From: Cyanobacteria bacterium P01_A01_bin.123
GTDB taxonomy: Bacteria; Cyanobacteriota; Cyanobacteriia; Phormidesmidales; Phormidesmidaceae
Assembly (NCBI GenBank): GCA_039815185.1
Contig: JBCBZT010000041.1
Coordinates: 1 to 64,000, forward strand
Reading direction: 5' to 3'
Length of the DNA stretch: 64,000 nucleotides
Positions 19,325-29,367 of this stretch are shown here, one piece after another. Position 1 is the first letter of the stretch. Each line of letters begins with the position of its first letter. Below the pieces are notes generated by a model that saw only the letters and a list, made by a program, of their open reading frames with translations, was not told the origin of the DNA and made no database searches. Position numbers and translations under genes: made by a program.

Positions 19325-19442
19325 GAAATACTCATTGATTTAAGGCTTGAGAAGCCTGTTGGAATGCGTGATTGAGCGAGAAAATTTCTACTGGGCAAAG
19401 TGACCAAAGTTACAAGTGGAAGGTTAACCTTCATTGATGAGA

Positions 19443-20327
19443 TCAGTCAGCTTCTGGAGTGAAGGGACAATATTCGATCCGGTTTTTGCCGCTGCGTTTG
19501 ACTGTTTTCATTAACTGGTAGGCTTGCTCTAAAATCTGGATTGCTTGCTCCGGGGTGTGATGCTCAAAACTCTCTTCTGGCGGGCAGTTAAAGCTAAGCA
19601 ACCCAATGCTGAAGCCCACACGCCAGTCGGCCTGTTGACTCAGGGCGCACAGATCTCGATAGATACGAACCATGACGGCTTTGGCGGCGTTTTGGTCGCT
19701 GTGGGGCATGAGGATGGCGAACTCGTCGCCGCCAAGGCGAGCCAGCACATCGGTATTGCGCAAGGCAGTTTGAATGCTGTGGGCGATTTGTTGCAACACG
19801 CGATCGCCAAAGGCATGACCACCGCGCTCATTGAGGGCTTTGAAGTTGTCTAGGGCAATGTAGGCCAAAGCTAGAGGATAGCCATACCGACGCGATCGCT
19901 CCTCCTCTTGAGTCAGCGATGCCAAGAAAAATCGACGATTTGCCACCCCCGTTAGCCTATCGGTACGCGACTCATGATTTTCTCGCTCATGGGCAGTTTT
20001 CAAAGCTGCCAAGCTGGCACTGACGACCCCAAACACACCGAGTCGCATCACTGCATTCCAAAGGTGAAATCCAAGTGCAATCTGGGGTTTCGAGGCCAGA
20101 TCAGACGACATCCAGACCAGGATAGACAACAGTGACAGGACAGTCCCCATTTGCCCATTGATAAACCATGCAGCAAGGCTAATGGGCAGCAAATAGAAGA
20201 ATGCGAGTGAGAGGTCAGGCGTGAGGATGTAGTCAACCATCCCCACCAGCACCACTAACATCAGACTTAGCCCAACGATGCAACCGTTAGGCTGTCTTTC
20301 CAGCCCGCGCAACAGCCAATGCTTCAT
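19443..20327 (-). CDS. Membrane GGDEF-domain protein (DUF4118-like N-terminus)
   Basis: Four TM segments, DRLTGVANRR, RLGGDEF; IALDNFK where IDLDNFK is expected. Confidence 0.88.
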   Translation of the reverse strand: MKHWLLRGLERQPNGCIVGLSLMLVVLVGMVDYILTPDLSLAFFYLLPISLAAWFINGQMGTVLSLLSILVWMSSDLASKPQIALGFHLWNAVMRLGVFGVVSASLAALKTAHERENHESRTDRLTGVANRRFFLASLTQEEERSRRYGYPLALAYIALDNFKALNERGGHAFGDRVLQQIAHSIQTALRNTDVLARLGGDEFAILMPHSDQNAAKAVMVRIYRDLCALSQQADWRVGFSIGLLSFNCPPEESFEHHTPEQAIQILEQAYQLMKTVKRSGKNRIEYCPFTPEAD

Positions 20328-20365
20328 ACCGCGATCGCCCCTGAGGTCATCCAGTTAAGATTTTC

Positions 20366-23300
20366 TCACTCAGGGCGACTTTGCTGCTGTAATGACTCCT
20401 CTTGTTGTTTGATTGCAGCCAGCAACTCGGCATTTTGAATAATCACGCCGACTTGGGTATTGAAAATTTTCAAACACTTGCGATCGCCATCGTCAAAGCT
20501 AGTGCGAAAGATATCGGGCACTTCTCCCGGTTGCAAGCTTTGATAGTTGGGTCGATCTGACGATTTTTTCTTGTTGATTAACTGGGTTACCCCAATCAGC
20601 TCCCCATCTGAATCCACGATCGGCATACATAGCAGGCTACAGGTGCGGTAACCCGTGCGGCGGTCAGTGGCTTTCGACTGAACAGCATCAGGGTGGTCGT
20701 AGAGATCAAAGGGAATATTCAAGACTGCTCCCGTCGCGGCAACGCGTCCGGCAAATCCTTGCCCAATCGGCAGCCGAAATTCTTGGAAGTGACCCTGCTC
20801 AACCATAATTTTGGTGCGCAGTTCTTGGTTCTGGGCGTCCAACAGCCACAAACTGCCCCGATCGGCCTGCATCAGATCCTTGGCAGCTTCAATCACCCGA
20901 TCTAAGAGTTCGGCGGGGTCGACATTGGCTTTATCCAGCGATCGAGTGGCGGCCATCAACGCTGCGGCCACCCGCTGACCCCGAGCGGTTTTATGGTAAG
21001 CGCAGAAACTCTCCAACACCAACTGTATGGATGCTGCATCTGCCGTCAGTTTGGCCACATCCGCTGAGGTAAATCCGGCAGGATCAATGCGTGCCGCCAA
21101 CGGCGCATCGGGCGGGCAGTTGGGTTTTTGCTTATTCAGCAACTGCACCACGGCCACCAGTTTATGATCAGGATTGGTCATCGGCAGGGCCAGCATGGTG
21201 TAAGTCCGATAACCATTTTTGGCATCCTGCTGTTTGGCAGTTACCGAACGGGCATCATCATAAAAATCGTAGGGAATGTTGATCAAGGCTTTGGTTGCGG
21301 CGACTTCACCCACAATGCCTTGATCCATGGGTACCCGGATCTCCAATGACGTTTTGCTATCGCCCGCTTCGGCAATGATCGTCCAAAATTCTTGGCGTTC
21401 TTCATCCAGCAAAAAGATCGACGTGCGATCGGCTCCGACGGCCCGCTTTAGCTTTTGTGTAATCGAGTTGAGGGTGGTATCAAGGATTTCGTCAAAGCCC
21501 TGGGTATCCATGACTTGATTGAGCAGGGCCAAGGTGCGACTGACTACGGTTTGGGGATGGTCAGTGGCTTGGGCCTTGAGGGCGGCAAACTGTTTGGCAT
21601 TGTGCAACGCTACCCCCACTTGGGAATTAAACACCGCCATGTGTTGCTGGCTGCCGGGGTCAAAACTGGCTCTAAAGCACTCCGGGGCTTGGGGCCATTG
21701 CGTTGAGTCATAGGGCGGCAAGTTGCCCAATCGTCGCTTATTAACCAGCTGGGTCACCCCGAGCAGTTCATCGTTGGGGCTGAACACGGGCATACACAGT
21801 AAACTACACGTCCGGTAGCCTGTGCGCTGATCGGTTTCGTAGGCCGTTTTGGAATCGGGATGTTCGTGGAGATCAAAGGGAATATTCAGCGGTTCTCGGG
21901 TTTGGGCCACTTGTCCGGCATAGCCCTGGCCCACTTTCAGCCGAATCTCTTGGGGTTGGCCCTGTTCGTTAACCAATTTGGTCCACAGTTCAGTGCCATC
22001 TTCGTTGAGCAACCACAGGGTACTGCGGTCGGCATTCATCAGTTTCTTGGCCGAATCCATCACCCGATAAATAATTTCGTCAGGATCGAGGCTGCTTTGG
22101 GATAGGGAGTTAGCGGCTTCATTCAGGGCTTCTGAAGCTTGTAATCGCTGAGTCAATTGATAGCAATATTGACATCGTTTGAGCACTCGTCGAATGGGTT
22201 CAGCATACTGGTGAAATTGCTGTTCGTCAGCTGGGGTAAACCCTTGGGGATTGAGCTTTTCCTGCAGCGGACTATCGGCTGGATAGGTCGGCTGAATTTT
22301 GTTAGCCAGGTGGACAAACGCGACGGTAACACCATCTTGATCGAGCAGGGGTAAAAATCGTTCATCGTAAATCGGATAGTCTGCTTCCTCGGACTGGATT
22401 TGGGCAGCAGCGCCGGGGCTAACCCACTGCTTAAAGCCTTGCTGACCCTGGGCAGGGGCACTGTTGAGAATGTGAATTTTGGGATAGGTTTTGATGCCGT
22501 TTTCGGCCACGATTGACCAGAGTTCGTTTTTGATCTGATCCACATAAAAAATTGAGACCCGATCTACGCTGAGCATTTCCCCCAGCTTGAGCACAATCTC
22601 ACTCAAGACTTCATTGAGAATGTAATCTAAGCCTTGCCCTTCCATCAGGCTGAGCATCGACAACAGCTTTTGCTCTTGCCGTTCCACAATCCGCATAAAG
22701 TCTGAACGCAGACTGACTAGGGCCCGCTGGGCCCAACCCAGGTTAAACACGGTGGCGTAGATGCGGTTATAGACCTGTAAGCGGCTGTCGCGTTTAACGA
22801 CAATACCCGCCATTTGCAGCTCAATTTGTTCGCTAGAGATGGTCGCAGGCACAGATCCCTGGGCTAAGATTTCCTGGTATAGCCGCAGCATTGATCCAGT
22901 TTTTTCCCGCAGCAGCAGCAAGCGATCGCGGATGACTTTTAGATGGGGGGGTTCGTCTTGGGCCTCCCAATTGTTGATCACCTCAGTCTGTACCAGTTGA
23001 TCAATCCAGGCTACGGTATCTTGAGGGGGGGAAGCCGTTTGGCTGACGACAAATTGGCACAGCTTTTGGGTCAAAAAGGGCTGGCCTCCGGTCCAGTCGA
23101 GAATGGCAGCTAGGGCAGTTTGGGGATCGTTGACCTTATCTGCGAGTCCTTTGGCCAGGGGTTGGGCTTCTTGCCACTGGAAGCCCTGTAAATCGATCGG
23201 ACGCCCTACGTTGAATGGGGTCGTGTCTGCCGATTGAATCAGTTCTGCTGGGGTGGCGACACCCAGTAAGGCAAAGGTGAGCCGTTCGTAGTCATCGCAG

Positions 23301-23797
23301 GCGCGAATGAAGACAAAGAAATCGTCCAGACAAAAGGGCAGACTACGGGCGGCGTCAATTTCGTCAATAAAGATCACGATGGGCGATCGCACCGTTTTGA
23401 GCAAAACGGTTTCAATCAGCTCGCTGAGCCGCTCTACCGGGGGCAAAAACTGCCGCTCTTGTAGCCACAGGCGCAACTGAATAGGGAGCTGAAAGCTCGT
23501 CACCAATCGTCGCATCACCCCGGCATACCACTGGTCGCGGGTAATGTCTTGACTACCGATTTTAGTGAGATCGATGGCGGCACACTTGACCCCCTTTCGC
23601 CGCAGGCGATCCATGGTGCGCACCCGCAGACTGGTTTTGCCCATTTGCCGAGAATTTAAGACGTAACAAAATTCTCCGGCTTTGAGCGCAGTATACAGTT
23701 CATGATCCGCTTGACGCACAACATAGCTGGGATCATGGAGGGGGAGATGGCCCCCCACTTTATAGCGATAGGTAGACACAAGGGGAGACAAGATCAT
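20366..23797 (-). CDS. AAA_35 ATPase fused to four CyaB-type GAF domains
   Basis: [45 protein letters not shown] motifs [25 protein letters not shown]. Confidence 0.88.
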   Translation of the reverse strand: MILSPLVSTYRYKVGGHLPLHDPSYVVRQADHELYTALKAGEFCYVLNSRQMGKTSLRVRTMDRLRRKGVKCAAIDLTKIGSQDITRDQWYAGVMRRLVTSFQLPIQLRLWLQERQFLPPVERLSELIETVLLKTVRSPIVIFIDEIDAARSLPFCLDDFFVFIRACDDYERLTFALLGVATPAELIQSADTTPFNVGRPIDLQGFQWQEAQPLAKGLADKVNDPQTALAAILDWTGGQPFLTQKLCQFVVSQTASPPQDTVAWIDQLVQTEVINNWEAQDEPPHLKVIRDRLLLLREKTGSMLRLYQEILAQGSVPATISSEQIELQMAGIVVKRDSRLQVYNRIYATVFNLGWAQRALVSLRSDFMRIVERQEQKLLSMLSLMEGQGLDYILNEVLSEIVLKLGEMLSVDRVSIFYVDQIKNELWSIVAENGIKTYPKIHILNSAPAQGQQGFKQWVSPGAAAQIQSEEADYPIYDERFLPLLDQDGVTVAFVHLANKIQPTYPADSPLQEKLNPQGFTPADEQQFHQYAEPIRRVLKRCQYCYQLTQRLQASEALNEAANSLSQSSLDPDEIIYRVMDSAKKLMNADRSTLWLLNEDGTELWTKLVNEQGQPQEIRLKVGQGYAGQVAQTREPLNIPFDLHEHPDSKTAYETDQRTGYRTCSLLCMPVFSPNDELLGVTQLVNKRRLGNLPPYDSTQWPQAPECFRASFDPGSQQHMAVFNSQVGVALHNAKQFAALKAQATDHPQTVVSRTLALLNQVMDTQGFDEILDTTLNSITQKLKRAVGADRTSIFLLDEERQEFWTIIAEAGDSKTSLEIRVPMDQGIVGEVAATKALINIPYDFYDDARSVTAKQQDAKNGYRTYTMLALPMTNPDHKLVAVVQLLNKQKPNCPPDAPLAARIDPAGFTSADVAKLTADAASIQLVLESFCAYHKTARGQRVAAALMAATRSLDKANVDPAELLDRVIEAAKDLMQADRGSLWLLDAQNQELRTKIMVEQGHFQEFRLPIGQGFAGRVAATGAVLNIPFDLYDHPDAVQSKATDRRTGYRTCSLLCMPIVDSDGELIGVTQLINKKKSSDRPNYQSLQPGEVPDIFRTSFDDGDRKCLKIFNTQVGVIIQNAELLAAIKQQEESLQQQSRPE

Positions 23798-25761
23798 AGA
23801 CAGCTAGCCGCTAAGGGTGGATCCGACGTCTTAGGAGGATGGGCCTGGAGGCGATCGCGAAAGTAGTGACGATACAGATTAAAACTCGGAACCACACCAT
23901 TGCCCTGCAAGCGCACCAGGCCTAAACTTTGAAGCTTAAAGGTGCATTCTGAATCTAGGGATAAGGGGCCCAACGCTTGTAAAACGGCGCTGTAGGCCTG
24001 AGCCAAATCGGGGTGTTGCTCCAAAAACCACAGGTGACGGCGTAAATGGTCGCCGTAAATCCCGGCCTCTGTCGGTGCTGTTTGACACAGATCGCTCAGT
24101 GTAATTTGGTTTTGCACCACAGAATACAGGGCCAGCCGAATCAAATAAGGATGCCCGCCTACCAGCGTCGTCAAGGTTTCCACCTGTTGGGGAGTCCAGT
24201 CTAAACCGTGGCGATGGGCCAAATCAGTTACCTGCGATGCCGTAAAGGCCAACAGTTCGATCGGTAGCCCGACATTAAAAGGAGACTGATTTACGTCTAG
24301 GGGCAAATAAACCTCGGTCGAATGCACCACGACCAGCCGTAGCTTTTCCCAAAGTTCACTGTCATCACTGCCATAGCTAGCCTCTTCATACCAAGCCCGC
24401 AGCAAGCCAAAGAAATCATCGGCAATTTGGGGATACTGAAACACTGCATCCACTTCATCCAGGCCCAGCACCAAAGGGCTGTCTATTTCGGGGAGGAGGT
24501 AATCTTCAAAATAAGTGGTGCAGTTGTCTTTACTCCCATAGGTATCCACCCAATACTCATCTAAGCGCGGGGGGAGGTGGAGCTTACGGGCCACCTTCGT
24601 GCAAAACCATTGCAATAAACTGCCCAGATTTTCAAATACGGCTCGATCCGCATGTTGAAAACTGATGGGAATTGCCTGATAGCCTTTTTCACGCGCTTGA
24701 TGGAGAATCCGTGCCATCAGCGAGGTTTTGCCCATTTGGCGCGGTGCTTTGAGCCGAATTAATGCCCCAGGGCGGCCAATTGCCTCATAACATTGGGCTT
24801 CATAAGGCACTCGATCCACGTAAAAAGCAGACGCTAAGCGAACCTGGCCCCGAGGGATTTCAGGTTCCGCCGCGGGGAGTGGATAGGCGGGGGAGGAGAT
24901 GGGCTCGGGGCAAGTCTCAGGGCGGTTGGCTTCAAATGGGAGAGCGGCAGGTTGAGCTGCATCGGTGGGTGCAGTCGGCGCTGGAACCTCAGGGCCAAAT
25001 TGTAAAGTTTCTAGAGTGACTGGCGGGGGATAGACGGTCCCTAGGGGGATCCCCAACTGTTGTTGAATCTCATGAACTAACGGTTGGATCGCTTGACCGA
25101 GTTGCCATCGCCACACCAATGCATCCGTCAGGTAATGGCGCAAATCGTGACTCAGCAGCAAATCTTGGGGACAATCCACCAAAATCACCACCAGTAAAGG
25201 ATCATCAGTGTCGTCTTCATGCCGTCCCTGCCGTAACCGTTGCAGTTGCTCCACCGCCATTTCACTCACGGCAGTTTGGGCAGACAACAACAGCACAAAG
25301 CAGTCACAGTGCTTCAGGGCCAGATCGATTGCCGTGCAGTCTGCGCCATCGGGCTGTTGTTGCTCCCCGGTTGAGGGCAATGACGCGATCGCATCTAAAT
25401 TACTCGCAAAGGAGACATGACCTGCTAACTGCATCGCACCACTCAGACCATCAGCTAAATCGCAGTCGGGGGGATGCCCACGATAGCTGATGAAAATATG
25501 CTTTTGCCGCTTTAGCAATCGCTCTAGGGCACCCTTAACTCGCTTCTTAGTGACCTTCTCGCCCAAGGTGTCAGAAAGCTTTTGCCAAAGTCGATAGCCA
25601 ACAGTTTTCTCGACGTACTCAGGATTGTGCGGATAAATTTTCTCGTAGGTCAGATTGTTCCAAGAGCCGACAAAAACTTGACGTTCAAGATCATTCAAGT
25701 GCTTATCAGTATTGGCGTAGACCAGCTGATCAACTAAGTGTAGTGCTTCGTAAACATCCAT
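23794..25761 (-). CDS. HTH-TIR-like-AAA_35 ATPase
   Basis: N-terminal [39 protein letters not shown]...[41 protein letters not shown]. Confidence 0.85.
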   Translation of the reverse strand: MDVYEALHLVDQLVYANTDKHLNDLERQVFVGSWNNLTYEKIYPHNPEYVEKTVGYRLWQKLSDTLGEKVTKKRVKGALERLLKRQKHIFISYRGHPPDCDLADGLSGAMQLAGHVSFASNLDAIASLPSTGEQQQPDGADCTAIDLALKHCDCFVLLLSAQTAVSEMAVEQLQRLRQGRHEDDTDDPLLVVILVDCPQDLLLSHDLRHYLTDALVWRWQLGQAIQPLVHEIQQQLGIPLGTVYPPPVTLETLQFGPEVPAPTAPTDAAQPAALPFEANRPETCPEPISSPAYPLPAAEPEIPRGQVRLASAFYVDRVPYEAQCYEAIGRPGALIRLKAPRQMGKTSLMARILHQAREKGYQAIPISFQHADRAVFENLGSLLQWFCTKVARKLHLPPRLDEYWVDTYGSKDNCTTYFEDYLLPEIDSPLVLGLDEVDAVFQYPQIADDFFGLLRAWYEEASYGSDDSELWEKLRLVVVHSTEVYLPLDVNQSPFNVGLPIELLAFTASQVTDLAHRHGLDWTPQQVETLTTLVGGHPYLIRLALYSVVQNQITLSDLCQTAPTEAGIYGDHLRRHLWFLEQHPDLAQAYSAVLQALGPLSLDSECTFKLQSLGLVRLQGNGVVPSFNLYRHYFRDRLQAHPPKTSDPPLAASCL

Positions 25762-26368
25762 TGCGTTGGACAGGTAGAAAGAATTAGTCAACGTGAGTTG
25801 GGCAAGTTGATCACTCAACTCAAAACCAAACCTTAAGCACACCCTTCCGTCTGTGATAACACTGATCTCAAGATTAAAACAACCACATTTTATCCTTCCT
25901 TCGTCTTAATTTACTGAAAAGCAAATCTTGCCACAGCTCGGTCATTTGCCACAGTCAACCATCAGTCACGACTGGTAGAGGTTTTGACCTTTGATCTTCA
26001 ACCCCAACCAATTTTAAAATTTGTGCCAGGGGGCAGGCTTCATACTCCCATAAGGAAAAACTATCGTTCTGGATGCAAAAAGGTTGATCAGAGATTTTAT
26101 TAGGTTTTATGAGTAACGATGATCTTGCTTAAGGCATAGTCATTGTGGAAACAGATAGAAATAGACAGGAATTAGCGCTGCGATCGCGATGCTGATTCAA
26201 TTCATAGGCGAAGACTATCCTTATCTATGCTCAAGTCAGTTATTTGGGATCAAAAAACTAATTCCACTGAGGTTTTATGGTTGTCAGAGGATAGCTTATC
26301 CGTAAGGATAGACAACATATTCAGCTTATACGAAATCGTCACTAGTTTACATAGAATAAACCGCTACG

Positions 26369-26390
26369 AACAAGGGGTTAAGCCCCCTTG
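26369..26390. repeat. Short palindromic repeat/hairpin
   Basis: ACAAGGGGTTAAGCCCCCTTGT. Confidence 0.5.
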
Positions 26391-26551
26391 TCTCCTGTGG
26401 CTTCGCTGGAGGCAAGCATTAAGTGAAAGCACTGAATTATCGTTTGAAATAGTTCTCAGAATTGAAAGTTGAGAGGATGCTAAATCATTAGGTCATCATC
26501 CTTTTCTGGTTGAACTAAAATCTCATGTGAAATTATCGAGGAGTCATCATC

Positions 26552-26755
26552 ATGGTCAGAATAGCCTCAGTTTTTTCCTTCATTAAAGACTTCTGTTCGG
26601 TGCCTACAAAAGGTACTCAACAATGGGTTCAATCATCATCCCTATGCTCAGGCTCAGGCACAGAATCAGCTTACGATGTCGTGTTTACACCAAATGAATT
26701 TTTGGCTGCTCATTTACTGCTTGAAAATCAACCTCGGCCACATTCAAATTTGTAG
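26552..26755 (+). CDS. Small hypothetical protein (67 aa)
   Basis: GAGGAG RBS 8 nt upstream; same orientation as, and upstream of, the NfeD-like gene. Confidence 0.55.
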   Translation: MVRIASVFSFIKDFCSVPTKGTQQWVQSSSLCSGSGTESAYDVVFTPNEFLAAHLLLENQPRPHSNL

Positions 26756-26762
26756 TTTTCCT

Positions 26763-26791
26763 GTAGGGATGCAGCACCAGGCATCCCCTAC
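26763..26791. repeat. GTAG-type REP-like hairpin
   Basis: GTAGGGATGC-AGCACCAG-GCATCCCCTAC just after a stop codon. Confidence 0.55.
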
Positions 26792-26842
26792 TCAAGCGTT
26801 CGAACTGGATGGAGTTTCGTAACAAATTTTGGAGTTAAGGTT

Positions 26843-27064
26843 ATGAGTCGCAATCCTATTTTTCCCGTGACGCCTTTTAAAGTCCCTGCGATGGGGTTGA
26901 TCGATCGCCCGGTTCAGAGCGACGGCCAAAGGGGTCGTATCCGATACGATGGTACAACCTGGTTTGCTCAATCGTATCGGGTAGGGTTGACGTTTTCCAT
27001 CGGGCAATCTGTTTCTATTGTGGCCCGACAGGGAAATACGCTGCTGGTTTTACCTAGCACATAA
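26843..27064 (+). CDS. Stand-alone NfeD C-terminal OB-fold protein
   Basis: GRIRYDGTTWFA ... GQSVSIVARQGNTLLV; no TM segment. Confidence 0.8.
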   Translation: MSRNPIFPVTPFKVPAMGLIDRPVQSDGQRGRIRYDGTTWFAQSYRVGLTFSIGQSVSIVARQGNTLLVLPST

Positions 27065-27127
27065 CGATTTACATTAGATGTGGTTTAGACTCTTTGGAGC
27101 AAGCCCAATTCAGGCTAAACCTCTGAG

Positions 27128-27874
27128 CTATTCAGATAGGTTTTCGCCATCACCGAAGATATCGGTGACCACTTCTGAAGAGGGAAAAAATCGAATCTGC
27201 GCATAGCTTGTATCACTCGTTTCTTCTAGCGTATCAAGGACAGCTTCAAGGGATAGCAGGGTAACCGAGACCTGATCGGCTAGGCCTTGACTTTCTAGGC
27301 GATCTAACAAGGGCTGCATATCTTGCAATTGGAAGAACATGGGAATAATCGCCTCTTCTTCATTGCTAACATTAACGGTGAGTAGCGTCTGATCATCATT
27401 GAAGCGCACAACAAACAACGGTACACCTTCAAAATTTTCGTCAAATTCGACCGCAATGCGCTGTTGACTAAATGACGGGATGTAGACAAAGTCCAAACTC
27501 AACTCTCGATCTGCCGTCCCATTTTCCCGGTTCTGAATTTCGTCAGTGGTTTGGCTGTACAAATCTCCGAGCCAAATCACTGCAATTTGGGCATCGTCAG
27601 AAAACTCACTGTTGCCTTCTTCTTCGGCAGCCGCAATGAAGGCTTCAGCGCCTTGGCGTTCCATAAAAACGAGTGGTGTTTCTTGATTTTCATCAGAGGC
27701 CAGCAGCGGATTTCCCGTTTCATCCACCAAGATAAAGACAGGTACCGTTGACAATTGCTCAACGACCACTGCGGTGTCTAAGGCCAATGCCCGCTGTACG
27801 TTAACAGCCATGGATCCGACTAAAACACTCCCTAATACACTGAGGGCGGCAACCCCACGGAATAAGAATTTCAT
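27128..27874 (-). CDS. Tic22-like periplasmic protein
   Basis: Signal peptide ending ALAL; LSTVPVFILVDETGNPL; FEGVPLF; IPMFF. Confidence 0.8.
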   Translation of the reverse strand: MKFLFRGVAALSVLGSVLVGSMAVNVQRALALDTAVVVEQLSTVPVFILVDETGNPLLASDENQETPLVFMERQGAEAFIAAAEEEGNSEFSDDAQIAVIWLGDLYSQTTDEIQNRENGTADRELSLDFVYIPSFSQQRIAVEFDENFEGVPLFVVRFNDDQTLLTVNVSNEEEAIIPMFFQLQDMQPLLDRLESQGLADQVSVTLLSLEAVLDTLEETSDTSYAQIRFFPSSEVVTDIFGDGENLSE

Positions 27875-27945
27875 AGGCCTAGAAAAGACTCGTTGACAAC
27901 GTTGAACATTACTATCATATTTTGACCCACCCTAGCCTCGTGCGA

Positions 27946-28698
27946 TTACGCCGATGCAGCCATTAAAGGCATGGGTTCACGAGTAGCATTGAGACCGCTC
28001 AATGCCTGGTGTAAATCTTGGGTTAATTGGCGGGCGTTATCTTTTGTACATCCTGCTTTGTAACGGACTACCTTAAGCGGTTTGCCAATCACAATCTCAA
28101 CGTCTGTTCCCCAAGCGGGACAAGATTGGTTGTAATGAAGACTAACGGGTATGATGCTTACCCCGAGATCAAGGCTAGAGGCTTCAGCTTGAAGAGCCAT
28201 TCGGGCTAATCCCGGTTTTAGCGATCGCACTTCTTCCCCTCTAAAAATGCCGCCTTCTGGAAAAATGACGATCATTTCTCCTTGGCGCAATAGATCGACC
28301 CCGTGACGCAGGGTGGCAATCGAAGGGCGATGAACATTAACGGCAAAGCCCCCCAAACGACGAATAAACCACCCTTGAACCCCCTTAACTTCGTCAGCAG
28401 TAACCATAAAGCGCAGGTCTCGACCCGAGACGTGGCGACCTGTGGCATAAGGCAACAATAGGGCATCCCAACGGGAACGATGGGTGGGGGCTAAGATGAC
28501 TGGCCCCTCAGTGGGAATATACCCCTGACCGGTGATGGTAATTTTGCCAAAAAAGTTGGGAACCACCATCCGACGCCCCAGGAAATAGGCTAACGGCGTC
28601 AACCAGGGCGATAGGCGGGACTCAACGGGTTGAAAGCGGTAAATAGATTTCTCCTGAATGGACTTGTTATGCATGACGGACGACAAGGTCATTACCAT
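27946..28698 (-). CDS. plsC: 1-acyl-sn-glycerol-3-phosphate acyltransferase
   Basis: PTHRSRWD (HX4D), IFPEG. Confidence 0.85.
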   Translation of the reverse strand: MVMTLSSVMHNKSIQEKSIYRFQPVESRLSPWLTPLAYFLGRRMVVPNFFGKITITGQGYIPTEGPVILAPTHRSRWDALLLPYATGRHVSGRDLRFMVTADEVKGVQGWFIRRLGGFAVNVHRPSIATLRHGVDLLRQGEMIVIFPEGGIFRGEEVRSLKPGLARMALQAEASSLDLGVSIIPVSLHYNQSCPAWGTDVEIVIGKPLKVVRYKAGCTKDNARQLTQDLHQALSGLNATREPMPLMAASA

Positions 28699-28837
28699 AG
28701 TGACGACAACAACAGCGAGGCAGCAACAGGGGTTACAGGCTTTAGAGTAAGGGGTTTGCCCCCATCAGTCATCCAGATGAGGACAGTTTTGTTGTTGTCA
28801 TCCCATTAGAGCCTGACAACCTGCCCTCAATTTTGCC

Positions 28838-29353
28838 TTAAGGAGACTGAAGTATGCTAGCCCGACGGTGGGCAAACCATTGCTGCAACTGTTGCCGACA
28901 GCTCTCTTCTAGGATGCCCCCGATGACGGGAAGACGATGATTGGAGCAGGGGCTATCAGGCAAATTCATCACAGTGCGCACAGCTCCTGTCTTTAAGTCA
29001 TCGGCACCATAAACCAATAGCCCTAACCGAGCCAAAATCAAAGCCCCAGCACACATCGGACAGGGCTCTAGGGTGACATAGAGGGTGCAGCGATTCAAAT
29101 GCCAGGTTGCTAACCGCTGTCCGGCTTGACGTAAGGCTAGGACTTCAGCGTGGGCTGTCGGGTCGTGGTCTCGCTGACGGCGATTGGCAGCTTCTGCAAT
29201 GATTTCATTTTCGGCATCCACAACCACTGCACCAACGGGCACTTCCCCAGCATTGCCCGCCGCTTCCGCTAGGGTGAGGGCATGCTGCATCCAGTGGCGA
29301 TGGCGCAAATAGACTTCGTTCTGGATAGGGGGGGGCGGTATTTCAAATGGCAT
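28838..29353 (-). CDS. tadA: tRNA adenosine(34) deaminase
   Basis: EVPVGAV, DPTAHAE, TLEPCPMC. Confidence 0.93.
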   Translation of the reverse strand: MPFEIPPPPIQNEVYLRHRHWMQHALTLAEAAGNAGEVPVGAVVVDAENEIIAEAANRRQRDHDPTAHAEVLALRQAGQRLATWHLNRCTLYVTLEPCPMCAGALILARLGLLVYGADDLKTGAVRTVMNLPDSPCSNHRLPVIGGILEESCRQQLQQWFAHRRASILQSP

Positions 29354-29367
29354 AGGCGTTTGGAGGG

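Noticed and set aside
19390..19440. GGGCAAA... as a c-di-GMP-I riboswitch
   Set aside because: No GAAA tetraloop/receptor or second stem, and no gene downstream in that orientation
20366..25761. AAA/TIR pair as a classical anti-phage NADase (Thoeris or Avs type)
   Set aside because: The TIR catalytic position appears to be Gln, the sensors are GAFs, and no defence-island context is present; not fully excluded
26227..26472. 81-aa ORF in the AAA/NfeD intergenic region
   Set aside because: Runs through a palindromic repeat; no RBS or motif recognised
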